From a virus (taxonomy: Duplodnaviria; Heunggongvirae; Uroviricota; Caudoviricetes), in IMG/VR virus record IMGVR_UViG_2778261529_000004: DNA of 49,037 nt; one strand, given 5' to 3'. Positions 18,847 to 28,132 of the stretch are shown here, one piece after another; the first letter of the stretch is position 1; each line of letters starts with the position of its first letter. The notes below the pieces were generated by a model. It saw only the letters and a list, made by a program, of their open reading frames with translations, did not search any database and had not been told where the DNA came from. A program made the position numbers and the translations under genes.

Positions 18847-19111
18847 CCTTCCCGGATTGCTGAATGTAGCGTTATGCACGGTTATCGTGCTGACGCTCTT
18901 TTTTTATCGTCGCCGTGATTCCAGACATAAACCGCTGATGTCATGGCTGGCGTGGCTGCTGATGCTGCTGTATGCCTTTGCGCCCCTCAGCTATCTGTGT
19001 GGTCGCCCGTTAGCAACGGGCTGGCTGGAAGTGTTTTTTAACCTGCTGTTCTGCGTGCTGGTGATACGCGCACGCGGGAACGTCACAAAAATCTTTCCAT
19101 TGTTGAGGTGA
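18836..19111 (+). CDS. Second lysis-associated membrane protein (holin/antiholin-like), 91 aa
   Basis: Overlaps the holin stop; two to three hydrophobic segments; lies between holin and endolysin. Confidence 0.4.
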   Translation: MLSNLPGLLNVALCTVIVLTLFFYRRRDSRHKPLMSWLAWLLMLLYAFAPLSYLCGRPLATGWLEVFFNLLFCVLVIRARGNVTKIFPLLR

Positions 19112-19113
19112 AT

Positions 19114-19491
19114 ATGTCGGGTAAATTCAGATTCAGCCGTCGCAGTGAAAAAAATCTGGAGGGCGTTAAACCACAGCTGGTTGCTGTCGTTCGCCGTGCG
19201 CTGGAGCTGACGGAGGTTGATTTCGGTATTACGGAAGGGCTGCGCACGAAAGAACGCCAGAAACAGCTGGTCGCGGAAGGGAAAAGCCAGACCATGAACA
19301 GCCGCCACCTGACCGGTGATGCGGTGGATGTTGTTGCCTGGGTTGGCAGCCAGGTGTCATGGGACTGGCCTCTGTACGAGAAAATCGCGCAGGCATTTAA
19401 GAAGGCTGCCGCAGAGCTGGGAACTGCCATCGAATGGGGCGGGGACTGGAAAACACTGAAAGACGGGCCTCACTTTCAGTTGAAACTCTGA
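19114..19491 (+). CDS. Endolysin, peptidase M15-like (about 125 aa)
   Basis: Small enzyme-like ORF in the lysis position with His/Asp-containing motifs (SRHLTGDAVDV ... GGDW) resembling M15 peptidase endolysins; RBS GAGGTG upstream. Confidence 0.6.
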   Translation: MSGKFRFSRRSEKNLEGVKPQLVAVVRRALELTEVDFGITEGLRTKERQKQLVAEGKSQTMNSRHLTGDAVDVVAWVGSQVSWDWPLYEKIAQAFKKAAAELGTAIEWGGDWKTLKDGPHFQLKL

Positions 19492-19505
19492 TAACCAGGT
19501 GTGTT

Positions 19506-19724
19506 ATGAGCAGAAAACACTGGACACACAGAATGCCGCGAACGGCGGCGAAATGGGCACTGGTAGCGATACTGGTGCCTTTTTTCCTGGTGGGATGCGT
19601 TAGCCTGGATAAGGCGCGCCAGCTTTTCGATACGGCTTCTCAGGTCTGCGAAATTGTTGACGGTGTTCGGCAGTGTCTGCAGAACTTATCGCCTGTAAGA
19701 GCAGAATATTTTGCTGAAAAATGA
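19506..19724 (+). CDS. Putative lipoprotein (spanin-like or Bor-like), 72 aa
   Basis: Signal peptide with lipobox (LVPFFLVGC); immediately downstream of the endolysin. Confidence 0.45.
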   Translation: MSRKHWTHRMPRTAAKWALVAILVPFFLVGCVSLDKARQLFDTASQVCEIVDGVRQCLQNLSPVRAEYFAEK

Positions 19725-19859
19725 AGGATGCGCCATCGTCTGGAAAGCACGAAATTCTGTGTTTGTGGCTACTCAATAAAATAAATTCTTTCTTTCGCTG
19801 CGAATACTCAAATGTTGATCAGCGCCCGGTGCGGCGGCGGGCTTCGATATCAGGAGACG

Positions 19860-20159
19860 ATGATGGAAAAAACAAAAAACAAACCGATTGTAATTGGTGC
19901 TGATGCTGCTCCGTTTAAGTTTGAGTTGTCTCAACTGGTGGAGATGCGCATCAGTGATGAATGGGGGGAGGTTAAAGCCCGCGCGCAGTATGCGGATGGC
20001 GAAAACCAGTACTTGATCCACTACAAAGCAGCTGATGGTCGCGCCACGACGGAGTGGTTTGGTGAGTCAATGCTGGAAGCAACAGAAGATGATTGTCATC
20101 CTGGTTGTCCGGTATTTGCCGGTATGAAATTACCGGAAGGCGCAGTTGTTACTGAGTAA
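19860..20159 (+). CDS. Hypothetical protein (about 99 aa)
   Basis: ORF after the lysis genes; start chosen at MMEKTKNK after GGAGACG. Confidence 0.35.
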   Translation: MMEKTKNKPIVIGADAAPFKFELSQLVEMRISDEWGEVKARAQYADGENQYLIHYKAADGRATTEWFGESMLEATEDDCHPGCPVFAGMKLPEGAVVTE

Positions 20160-20282
20160 CAGGCATTACAGCAGCCCTTCAGTGTGAGGGGCTGCGATAA
20201 TGTCAAAGCTCGTTATCAGCACCCGCCGCGCACCCAGCGCACTGGCCGATAGCGGGCTTTTTTATTCATAAAGCGAGGCTGT

Positions 20283-21071
20283 ATGAGCGAGAAATTGAAG
20301 ATCGTCTATCGCCCGTTGCAAAAACTGTCTCCGTATGCGCACAACGCCAGGACACACAGCCCTGAGCAGGTGGCACAACTGGTAGAAAGCATTAAGCAAT
20401 TCGGCTGGACCAATCCGGTGCTGATTGACGAAAAGGGCGAAATTATTGCTGGTCACGGTCGCGTGATGGCGGCTGAGGTGCTCAAAATGGATTCTGTTCC
20501 GGTCATTGTTCTGTCTGGCCTGACGGATGATCAGAAAAAGGCGTACCGCCTGGCAGATAATCGCCTGCCGCTCAACGCTGGCTGGGATGAAGAACTGTTA
20601 CGGGTGGAACTGTCGGAGCTAATCAATGCTGATTTTGATATCTCCCTGACAGGATTCAGCCCAACAGAAATTGATGAACTGTTGATGGAAGTTTTGCCAG
20701 GTACCGGAAATGAGGAGGAGCAGTATACGACGAAAATTGATACGCCTGTTTATGAGCCGTCGGGCGATAAACCGGATATCAGTGAACTGTACGACGATAC
20801 GAAAACTCAGGAGCTGATCAGCCGGATACGTTCGGCGTCCCTTGAGCCTGATATCGAAAAATTCCTCCTGTGCGCGGCAGAACGCCACACGGTGTTTAAT
20901 TTCAGCAGAATTGCGGATTATTACGCTCACGCCCCCGCTGAAATTCAGCGCCTTTTTGAGGAGTCGGCGCTGGTGATCATTGATTATCAGCAGGCTATTG
21001 AAAATGGATTTGTCCGGATGACGCAGCACATGGTGGAGATCATGCATGGCGGGGAGGAGGAATATGCGTGA
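20283..21071 (+). CDS. ParB-like N-terminal nuclease-domain protein, 262 aa
   Basis: N-terminal ParB/Srx-type motifs (KIVYRPLQKLSPYAHNARTH ... IIAGHGRVMAA); upstream of the terminase genes. Confidence 0.7.
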   Translation: MSEKLKIVYRPLQKLSPYAHNARTHSPEQVAQLVESIKQFGWTNPVLIDEKGEIIAGHGRVMAAEVLKMDSVPVIVLSGLTDDQKKAYRLADNRLPLNAGWDEELLRVELSELINADFDISLTGFSPTEIDELLMEVLPGTGNEEEQYTTKIDTPVYEPSGDKPDISELYDDTKTQELISRIRSASLEPDIEKFLLCAAERHTVFNFSRIADYYAHAPAEIQRLFEESALVIIDYQQAIENGFVRMTQHMVEIMHGGEEEYA

Positions 21072-21996
21072 TGATTTTTGCGCCTTTATTCTGACTCACG
21101 GGCGACCGGACAAAGTTCTGACTTACCGGACGTTGCGTCGTGCTGGCTATACCGGGAAAATTTTTATCGTTGTTGATGATGAAGATAAGACACGGCATCA
21201 GTACATAGTTGAATTTGGTGAACAGGTGCTGGTGTTTTCCAAAGCCGATATAGCCAGTCGTTTTGACGAAGCCGATAATTTCGGTGATCGCCGCTCAATT
21301 TTTTACGCCCGTAATGCCTGTTTCGACCTGGCAAAACTGGTCGGGTGTAAATACTTCATTCAGCTCGATGATGATTATCACGAGTTCCAGTTTCGGGTGG
21401 ATCGCAACTATGACCAGGCCTATTTCCCGATAAGAAAACTGGATGCGATCCTTTCTGAAATGCTGGCGTACTACGAATCAATACCTGCGCTTTCCATCGC
21501 TATGTCGCAGGGCGGGGATTTTCTTGGTGACAATGGCGGCCATGCTTCGTGGGTGAAACGCAAGGCAATGAACAGCTTTATCTGTTCGGTTGATCGACCG
21601 TTCTCATTCATGGGGCGCATTAACGAGGATGTGAATACGTACACGAATCTCGGTCGCTGTGGTGAATTGTTTATGACGATCGGTGCTGTCCAGTTAGGGC
21701 AGAAACAGACGCAGAAAAACAGCGGCGGAATGACCGAGCTGTATCTGGATTCCGGAACCTACGTTAAAAGTTTTTACTCCGTCATGTATGCGCCCTCGTG
21801 CGTAAAAATCTCACTGATGGGGGCCAGCCATAAACGCATTCACCATCAGGTCACTTGGAACAACGCTGCAGTAAAAATCCTTCACGAAAAATACAGGAAG
21901 AAGACACCCTGCATATCAATGGGGGTGACAAATGATTCCGTATTCGAAAGTCGAGTCTCTGGCAGCGTGCCGGATGACTGCACAACAAATCGCTGA
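21064..21996 (+). CDS. Hypothetical protein with weak GT-A (family-2 glycosyltransferase)-like motifs, about 310 aa
   Basis: ATG overlaps the ParB-like stop (ATGCGTGA) after GGAGGAGG; motifs LTHGRPD and IVVDDED resemble GT2 N-terminal and DxD motifs; assignment is speculative. Confidence 0.45.
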   Translation: MRDDFCAFILTHGRPDKVLTYRTLRRAGYTGKIFIVVDDEDKTRHQYIVEFGEQVLVFSKADIASRFDEADNFGDRRSIFYARNACFDLAKLVGCKYFIQLDDDYHEFQFRVDRNYDQAYFPIRKLDAILSEMLAYYESIPALSIAMSQGGDFLGDNGGHASWVKRKAMNSFICSVDRPFSFMGRINEDVNTYTNLGRCGELFMTIGAVQLGQKQTQKNSGGMTELYLDSGTYVKSFYSVMYAPSCVKISLMGASHKRIHHQVTWNNAAVKILHEKYRKKTPCISMGVTNDSVFESRVSGSVPDDCTTNR

Positions 21997-22183
21997 CGTT
22001 CTGGATGTTGATCTGAACCGACTGAAAGAAAATCGGGAAGCAATGACAGATTTTTACGCATCCATCCGTAAGGGCAGAGCGAAAGGTGAAGCCGAACTAC
22101 GGGCGGCATTGTTTAAGCTTGCCAGAAAAGGGGATGCCTTTGCCCTGCGTGAACTACTCAGGGTGGATAAAAATCAGGACTAA
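21932..22183 (+). CDS. Small hypothetical protein, possible HTH (83 aa)
   Basis: ORF with GGGGG-spaced RBS; overlaps the 3' end of the upstream gene, so start is uncertain. Confidence 0.3.
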   Translation: MIPYSKVESLAACRMTAQQIADVLDVDLNRLKENREAMTDFYASIRKGRAKGEAELRAALFKLARKGDAFALRELLRVDKNQD

Positions 22184-22186
22184 CTA

Positions 22187-23278
22187 ATGAGCAGACCGGA
22201 CTGGGGGGCGTTGCAGCAGGAATATATTGCTGAATACACCCGCTCCGGTGTATCTCCGGTGGCATGGTGTGAGGCAAGGGGACTGAATTACGCAACAGCC
22301 CGTCGTTACATCAAAAAACCTCCGAAAAATGCGCAGACAGAAATGCGCAAAACTGCGCAACAAAGTGCGCAGAAAAAATCTGCGCAGACTGCGCAAAAGC
22401 GGAACGGAAAATCTCAGAAAAAAAAGCCAGTATCCGATGCGTGCCTGAATGAGGGCGACGCGGAGGAATTTTCGTTCTGCCCCGATGAATTCGGCATTTC
22501 TGACCAGCAGGCTAAGTTTGCGATGCTTGTTGCTCAGGGGAAAAAGCCGACAGAGGCATACCGACTGGCTGGTTATGAGGGGCAAGGTGCGACAGCTAAC
22601 AGCAACGCCAGCCGTATGCTTAGAAATGCCAGGGTTTATCGTGCTATCAGCTACTTCCGCAATCAGTATCAGAAACGCTATACCGCAGACCTGGATTTAC
22701 TGGTGAGTCAGTTGATGGCTATTGTCCAGGCCGACCCCAATCAGTTGGCACAATTTCGCCGTGTTAACTGCCGTTATTGCTGGGGCGAGAATCATCTCTA
22801 CCAGTGGCGTGATATTGCAGAATTCGATAAGGCAGCGGCACAGGCCTCCAGAGATGGCAAACCCGAGCCGGAATATGGAGGCCTCGGCTTTGTTGATAAC
22901 GCCATACCCAATCCGGATTGTCCGAAGTGCTGCGGTGAGGGAACGGGACAGCTTTATATGGCTGATACCACTCTGCTTGATGGGGATGCGCGACAATTAT
23001 ATGCAGGGGCAAAGCTCGGGAAATTTGGTGTTGAGATCCTGCTGGAGGATAAGGCTGCCGCCCGGCGCGAACTTATCAAGCTGATAATGGCGACGAAAGG
23101 AAGTTCTGCTGGTGGTGCAACTGACAGTCGCAATGATCTGGAGCTTGAAGGACTGAGGCTTCGCAACGAAAAGCTGCGCACTGAGATTGAAAACCTCAAA
23201 AAAGGCGTGGGTGGTGAGAATAACGAAATAATTATCCACAACTCTCTGCCGATGCCGGGAGTGGATAATGTCGATTGA
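22187..23278 (+). CDS. Terminase small subunit, 363 aa
   Basis: HTH-like segment (QQAKFAMLVAQGKKPTEAYRLAGYEG); immediately upstream of and overlapping the large terminase; contains a TGCGCA repeat cluster. Confidence 0.65.
   Translation: MSRPDWGALQQEYIAEYTRSGVSPVAWCEARGLNYATARRYIKKPPKNAQTEMRKTAQQSAQKKSAQTAQKRNGKSQKKKPVSDACLNEGDAEEFSFCPDEFGISDQQAKFAMLVAQGKKPTEAYRLAGYEGQGATANSNASRMLRNARVYRAISYFRNQYQKRYTADLDLLVSQLMAIVQADPNQLAQFRRVNCRYCWGENHLYQWRDIAEFDKAAAQASRDGKPEPEYGGLGFVDNAIPNPDCPKCCGEGTGQLYMADTTLLDGDARQLYAGAKLGKFGVEILLEDKAAARRELIKLIMATKGSSAGGATDSRNDLELEGLRLRNEKLRTEIENLKKGVGGENNEIIIHNSLPMPGVDNVD
22323..22397 (+). repeat. Cluster of six TGCGCA(A/G) direct repeats (candidate pac/terminase-binding site)
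   Basis: AATGCGCAGACAGAAATGCGCAAAACTGCGCAACAAAGTGCGCAGAAAAAATCTGCGCAGACTGCGCAAAAG within the small-terminase coding region. Confidence 0.4.
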
Positions 23279-24596
23279 AATCTACCTCCCAAAACCTCAT
23301 GAGGGGCAAATAGCTGCATGGACGGCGGCAATAGAGGAACGCTTCCACGCGGTATGCTGTGGTCGTCGCTGGGGTAAAACGGTGATGCTGGTAAACATCG
23401 CTACCAGTTTCGCTACGCGGAAATTTGCCGTTCCTACCACCGGGCAACTTATCGCGGGTAGGGTGGGGATTTTTACCGCACAATACCGCCAGTACCAGGA
23501 AATCTGGGATGAAATTAGCGCCGTTCTGCAACCGCTGATCCTCAGCCAGTCAAAAAATGAAAAGCGCATTATTCTCCGTAATGGGGGGCGCATCGACTTT
23601 TGGGTAACGGACAATAACAAACTGGCCGGGCGTGGGCGTAAATATCACGCTGTGCTGATTGATGAGGCCGCATTCACTAAATCGCCGGAAATGCTCGAGG
23701 AAATCTGGCCCCGCGCTATACGCCCGACGCTTGTTGATTACCGTGGCTGTGCGTGGGTATTTTCCACACCAAACGGTATCGACGAGAGCAATTTTTTCTA
23801 CGCGATATGCCACGATGAATCCCTGGGATTTGTCATGCACCATGCGCCAACTTCATCGAATCCGTATATTCCGAAAGAAGAACTGGAGGAAACGGAGAAG
23901 AAATCCGATCCGCGTGTCTGGCAGCAGGAATATCTTGCCGAGTTCGTGGACTGGTCCAAAGACGCGTTACTCGATGTCGATAAGCTGCTGGTGGACGGTC
24001 AGCCGATTGAGATGCCGCCGTACTGCGACATGATTTTCGCAGTGATGGATACGGCGCTGAAAGGCGGGACCGAAAATGATGGTACTGGCGTGTTGTATTT
24101 CGCTTATGAGTCAACGTATTCGGACGAGCCAAAACTGACGATTATTGACTGGGATGTGACGCAAATTAAAGCGTCATTGCTTCCTGAATATATCCCCGGC
24201 GTTTATGAAAACCTCGAGCGCCTCGCGAAATTATGCCGTCCGCGTCTGGGCTGCCAGGGAATTTTTATGGAAGACGCCGCGATGGGGGCAATCCTCAACC
24301 AGAAGGCGGAAACCGAAGGCTGGGATATGACGCCGATTAAATCGGCACTAACCAGCAAAGGTAAAGAAGAACGGGCGGTGATGGCATCCAGCTACCACTA
24401 TCAGGGGATGTGCAAAATCGTCCGGGAGGCTTACGACAAGACCGTTTCATTCAAACGTACCACCGCAAACCACCTCATTAAACAAATCGCCGGGTTCCAC
24501 CTGGCAGACAAAGACGCGCATAAACGTGCTGATGACCTTTTCGATTGTTATACCTATGGATTGATTATCGCGCACGGTAATTACGCGGCGTTGTAA
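23268..24596 (+). CDS. Terminase large subunit, 442 aa
   Basis: Walker A (CCGRRWGKT) and Walker B (HAVLIDEAA) motifs; overlaps the small terminase stop. Confidence 0.85.
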   Translation: MSIEIYLPKPHEGQIAAWTAAIEERFHAVCCGRRWGKTVMLVNIATSFATRKFAVPTTGQLIAGRVGIFTAQYRQYQEIWDEISAVLQPLILSQSKNEKRIILRNGGRIDFWVTDNNKLAGRGRKYHAVLIDEAAFTKSPEMLEEIWPRAIRPTLVDYRGCAWVFSTPNGIDESNFFYAICHDESLGFVMHHAPTSSNPYIPKEELEETEKKSDPRVWQQEYLAEFVDWSKDALLDVDKLLVDGQPIEMPPYCDMIFAVMDTALKGGTENDGTGVLYFAYESTYSDEPKLTIIDWDVTQIKASLLPEYIPGVYENLERLAKLCRPRLGCQGIFMEDAAMGAILNQKAETEGWDMTPIKSALTSKGKEERAVMASSYHYQGMCKIVREAYDKTVSFKRTTANHLIKQIAGFHLADKDAHKRADDLFDCYTYGLIIAHGNYAAL

Positions 24597-24614
24597 AAAA
24601 TCAGGATATTTTTG

Positions 24615-26051
24615 ATGGCAGAGATCGAGATTACTGGCGGCCTCGGTTCAGCACTGATGCATATTCTTGAGGCTGAAGAAATTCAGCCGGGAACCGACAT
24701 TGGCTATGAATTGTGTAAGCAGCTGTGGCAATTCCATCCTCTGGGCGGAAAACTTGTCGAAAAACCCATACTGATGGCGATGTGTAAGCCGCGCCAGTAT
24801 AACGTGGAGACAGACCCTGACGAGAGGGTTGTGAGGCGTTTTCAGGAGGTATGGGAACGCATGAAGGTCAACGAGAAGATTAAAAATCTGTTTTTTCTGT
24901 CTCGTTGCTACGGTGCTGCAGCGATCGGCGTGGGCACCGACAGCGTTCCATGTCGTGAACCGCTTCCGACGTTCGGACTGACAGAAGATGACGTGTATAT
25001 CAACGCGTGGGACCCGTTGAACGCTTCCGGTTCGATGGTGACTGACCAGAACCCCAACAGCCCGTTTTTCCAGGAAGCCAATAAAAAACTGAAGATTGGT
25101 GGGAAAGACTGGCATCCGTCACGCACACTGAAAATCTTCAACGGCACACCGATTTATCTGGAGTTTCAGAGTTCATCGTTCGGATTCACCGGACGTAGTG
25201 TGTTTCAGCGCGTTCTTTATTCCCTGAAATCCTATATCAACACGATGGAGGCGAATGATCTCGTCAGCCAGAAGGCGGGCGTACTGGTAGCTAAAGTTGT
25301 GCAGTACGGTTCGAAACTTGACGGGATCATGGCTGCCGCCACGGGACGAAAAAGGGAAAACGTCAAAGAGGCAAAAAATAAAGGTGTGCTTAGTATCGGG
25401 AAGGATGAGGACGTTACCTCGCTAAATCTACAAAACATCGATGGTGCGCTAAACGCTGCACGCGACAATATTATTTCCGATATTGCGTCAGGGAGTGACG
25501 TTCCGGCGATCCTCATCAAAGAGGAAGCCTTTTCGAATGGTTTCGGTGAGGGGACCGAAGATTCGAAAGCCATCAGCCAGTATATCGATGGTGTACGCCA
25601 GCAGATTGAACCCGTGATGGATTATTTCGAACGCCTGGTGCAGTACATCGCCTGGAACGAGGAATTTTATCAGTCGCTGAAAAATGATTACCCGGACATC
25701 ATAACTGATGACTATAAAACCACGTTTTACCAGTGGCGACGTGAATTTACCGCGACATGGCAGGAGCTGGTGGAGGAGTCGCCGGACAAACGCCGGGAAA
25801 GCGACAGTAAAGTGATTCAACAGGCGATAGCACTTTTCTCTGCCGTGTCGCCACAGGTTGATCCTGAAAACCGTGCCGCCGTCACTGAATGGCTGGCAAG
25901 CCTTGTTAATGCCACGCAAACCTATGGCGAAGCTCCACTCATCATTGATGTGGACGCGCTGGCGAATTATGAACCACCGAAGCAGGAGACGCCTGATGGC
26001 AATTTCCAGCCGGGCGGTGAGGAAGAAGAAACGGATCAGGACGCTATATGA
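24615..26051 (+). CDS. Portal protein (putative), about 478 aa
   Basis: Large ORF directly after the terminase with an acidic C-terminus; call is positional. Confidence 0.6.
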   Translation: MAEIEITGGLGSALMHILEAEEIQPGTDIGYELCKQLWQFHPLGGKLVEKPILMAMCKPRQYNVETDPDERVVRRFQEVWERMKVNEKIKNLFFLSRCYGAAAIGVGTDSVPCREPLPTFGLTEDDVYINAWDPLNASGSMVTDQNPNSPFFQEANKKLKIGGKDWHPSRTLKIFNGTPIYLEFQSSSFGFTGRSVFQRVLYSLKSYINTMEANDLVSQKAGVLVAKVVQYGSKLDGIMAAATGRKRENVKEAKNKGVLSIGKDEDVTSLNLQNIDGALNAARDNIISDIASGSDVPAILIKEEAFSNGFGEGTEDSKAISQYIDGVRQQIEPVMDYFERLVQYIAWNEEFYQSLKNDYPDIITDDYKTTFYQWRREFTATWQELVEESPDKRRESDSKVIQQAIALFSAVSPQVDPENRAAVTEWLASLVNATQTYGEAPLIIDVDALANYEPPKQETPDGNFQPGGEEEETDQDAI

Positions 26052-26829
26052 GGTTCTGACGGATGCCGTTAACTACTACGTAAATCACGGGTGGGATAGC
26101 GAAAAATCATTGCTCGAATGGTGCCGGAAACTCCGTGTAGCCGCTCAGCGAGAAACCCCTGATGATACCGTAGCCAGAAAACACCTCACCGCTATCTACA
26201 GCCGTCTTGTCATCGACGGCGGGGCATTACGGGATCAGCCTCCTGACGGCCCTAAAAAAATCACTGTTGAAAAACTGAAACCTGAGTTTCGCAAGGAACT
26301 AGACAGGCGAATTTTCGCCAGTGCCAACCTGATAAAACTCAACCGCGAACAGGCTATCGAGAAAACCATACAGCGTTTTCAGGGATGGGTTACGTCCATT
26401 CCGCCTGACGGGGTGAGCGAAATTGATCGCCGGGAAGTGAAGTCCGGTTTTCAGAAGTCCGTGAAGGATATGGATTTTATCAGTCGCCGGGTGGCAATTG
26501 ACCAGGGACATAAGCTGGCGAGCAACGTTAAGTATCTGCTGGCTGTTCAGAGTGGTGCGATTGCTCTGCGCTGGCATTCTAACTGGCGGCGTCCGGGCTA
26601 CAAATACCGACAGGACCACAAAGAGCGCGACGAGAAAATTTATCTCCTCCGCGATTCGTGGGCGCTGGAGCAGGGGCTTATTAAGCCCGTATATGGTTTT
26701 TATGACGAAATCACTGCTGCCGGGGAGGAGGTTTATTGCAGTTGCGATGCTCTGCCGATCTACGCCCCTCAGAAACTACCCGACGAATTTTTAACGGAGA
26801 AGGGCAAACGTGAGTTTAACCGAGCTTGA
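25996..26829 (+). CDS. Head morphogenesis protein (putative), about 277 aa
   Basis: Overlaps the portal 3' end; position between portal and protease/scaffold; start uncertain. Confidence 0.4.
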   Translation: MAISSRAVRKKKRIRTLYEVLTDAVNYYVNHGWDSEKSLLEWCRKLRVAAQRETPDDTVARKHLTAIYSRLVIDGGALRDQPPDGPKKITVEKLKPEFRKELDRRIFASANLIKLNREQAIEKTIQRFQGWVTSIPPDGVSEIDRREVKSGFQKSVKDMDFISRRVAIDQGHKLASNVKYLLAVQSGAIALRWHSNWRRPGYKYRQDHKERDEKIYLLRDSWALEQGLIKPVYGFYDEITAAGEEVYCSCDALPIYAPQKLPDEFLTEKGKREFNRA

Positions 26830-28132
26830 AGTGGCAGAACGCATCAGGGACGGAACCGTACCGTCTCCGGTGAAATTCTCCAACATGTGGTTGGTGAATT
26901 TGCGCATAACCGGAACCGGGCTTGCCTATCGCGCCGGGCTGAAAGAGCACGTCTGGCGTGATCCAAAGCTCTATCTGAACGAGGAGTTTTTAAGGCGATG
27001 CAATGGCCTTCCGGTTATCACAAACCATCCTGACGACGCAGTTCTGACGGAGGAGGATTTTAAATCGCGGATCGTCGGTAGCGTCATGCTGCCGTATATC
27101 CGGGGTGATGAGGTATGGGCGGTGTGCCGCGTTTACCTCCAGAGCATTGTTGAAGAAATCACTGAGGGGGATGTTTCGACAAGTCCGTCGGTGGTGTTCA
27201 ACAGCACATCAGGAAATGTGGAAGTACAGGAAGGTGACACCAATTTTTTAATCGAGGGCGTTCCTTTCCTGGTTGATCACATCGCCCTGGTGACGAAAGC
27301 CCACGGCTCGCTGGGTGTGTGGGATAAAGACCGGATCCCCGCAGGGGTTGAAGTGACAAACACAGGTGAAATCGAGATGGAAAAAGAAGAACTCCAGGCC
27401 CTGTTACAGGGGGTTGTGAGCGATGCCCTGCAAGGCATTAATCAGAAAATCGATGGTGTCGTTACGCGCATGGACTCACTGGAGCAGCGGGACAAAGCGC
27501 GGGCGGATGCCGAAGAACAGGCGAAAAAAGAGGCCGAAGAAAAGGCCAAAGCCGATGAAGCCGCAGAGGAACAACGTAAAGCTGATGAAGCTGCGGCAAA
27601 GGAGGCGGAAGAAAAAGCCAAAGCTGACGAGGCGGCAGCTAAAGACGCTGAGGAGAAAGCAAAGGCTGATTCCGAAGCGGAAGAACAGCGTAAGGCTGCC
27701 GAGGAGGCAGAAAAAGAACGCAATGACTCAGCCCTGGCAGAAGCACAGGCAAAAGCCGACTCCGCATTCAGTGCCTGCGGTAAAAACGCGCCAGCACCGT
27801 TTTCTGGTGAAAATGCGCTGGACTACCGCAAGCGTGCGCTAATCGCTATGCAGAAACACTCTCCGGCACATAAGGACGTCAATATTCGCGCGATTGCGGA
27901 TTCTGCAACGCTGGCTGTGCTTGAGGACGCAATTTTCAGTGCCGCCCGTCAGTCCATCGAAAAAGAAATGATGAGTACGCAGGGGCAACTGCATAAACGT
28001 ATCCGCAACGATGAAGCCGGACGTCGCATTACTGAATATCAGGGCGATCCGAACGTCTGGCTGAGTGCTTTCAAAATTCCGGGGCGTCGTCTGGCAAAAA
28101 TTAACACTCAAGGGAGCCTGAACAATGGCTGA
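26810..28132 (+). CDS. Prohead protease/scaffolding protein with central coiled-coil repeats (putative), 440 aa
   Basis: Globular N-terminal domain, then an EEKAKADEAA-type repeat region; position between portal and capsid genes. Confidence 0.45.
   Translation: MSLTELEVAERIRDGTVPSPVKFSNMWLVNLRITGTGLAYRAGLKEHVWRDPKLYLNEEFLRRCNGLPVITNHPDDAVLTEEDFKSRIVGSVMLPYIRGDEVWAVCRVYLQSIVEEITEGDVSTSPSVVFNSTSGNVEVQEGDTNFLIEGVPFLVDHIALVTKAHGSLGVWDKDRIPAGVEVTNTGEIEMEKEELQALLQGVVSDALQGINQKIDGVVTRMDSLEQRDKARADAEEQAKKEAEEKAKADEAAEEQRKADEAAAKEAEEKAKADEAAAKDAEEKAKADSEAEEQRKAAEEAEKERNDSALAEAQAKADSAFSACGKNAPAPFSGENALDYRKRALIAMQKHSPAHKDVNIRAIADSATLAVLEDAIFSAARQSIEKEMMSTQGQLHKRIRNDEAGRRITEYQGDPNVWLSAFKIPGRRLAKINTQGSLNNG
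27500..27720 (+). repeat. Imperfect tandem repeats encoding Ala/Glu/Lys-rich repeats
   Basis: Repeated GAAGAAAAAGCCAAAGCTGATGAAGC-like units inside the scaffold-like gene. Confidence 0.5.

Noticed and set aside
20169-20195. Hairpin GCAGCCC...GGGCTGC after the 99-aa ORF as an intrinsic terminator
   Set aside because: The stem is present but the loop is long (11 nt) and there is no downstream U-tract.
27423-27842. 139-aa highly basic ORF (Lys/Arg/Pro repeats) in an alternative frame of the scaffold gene
   Set aside because: Produced by reading the tandem-repeat DNA in another frame; no independent start signals.
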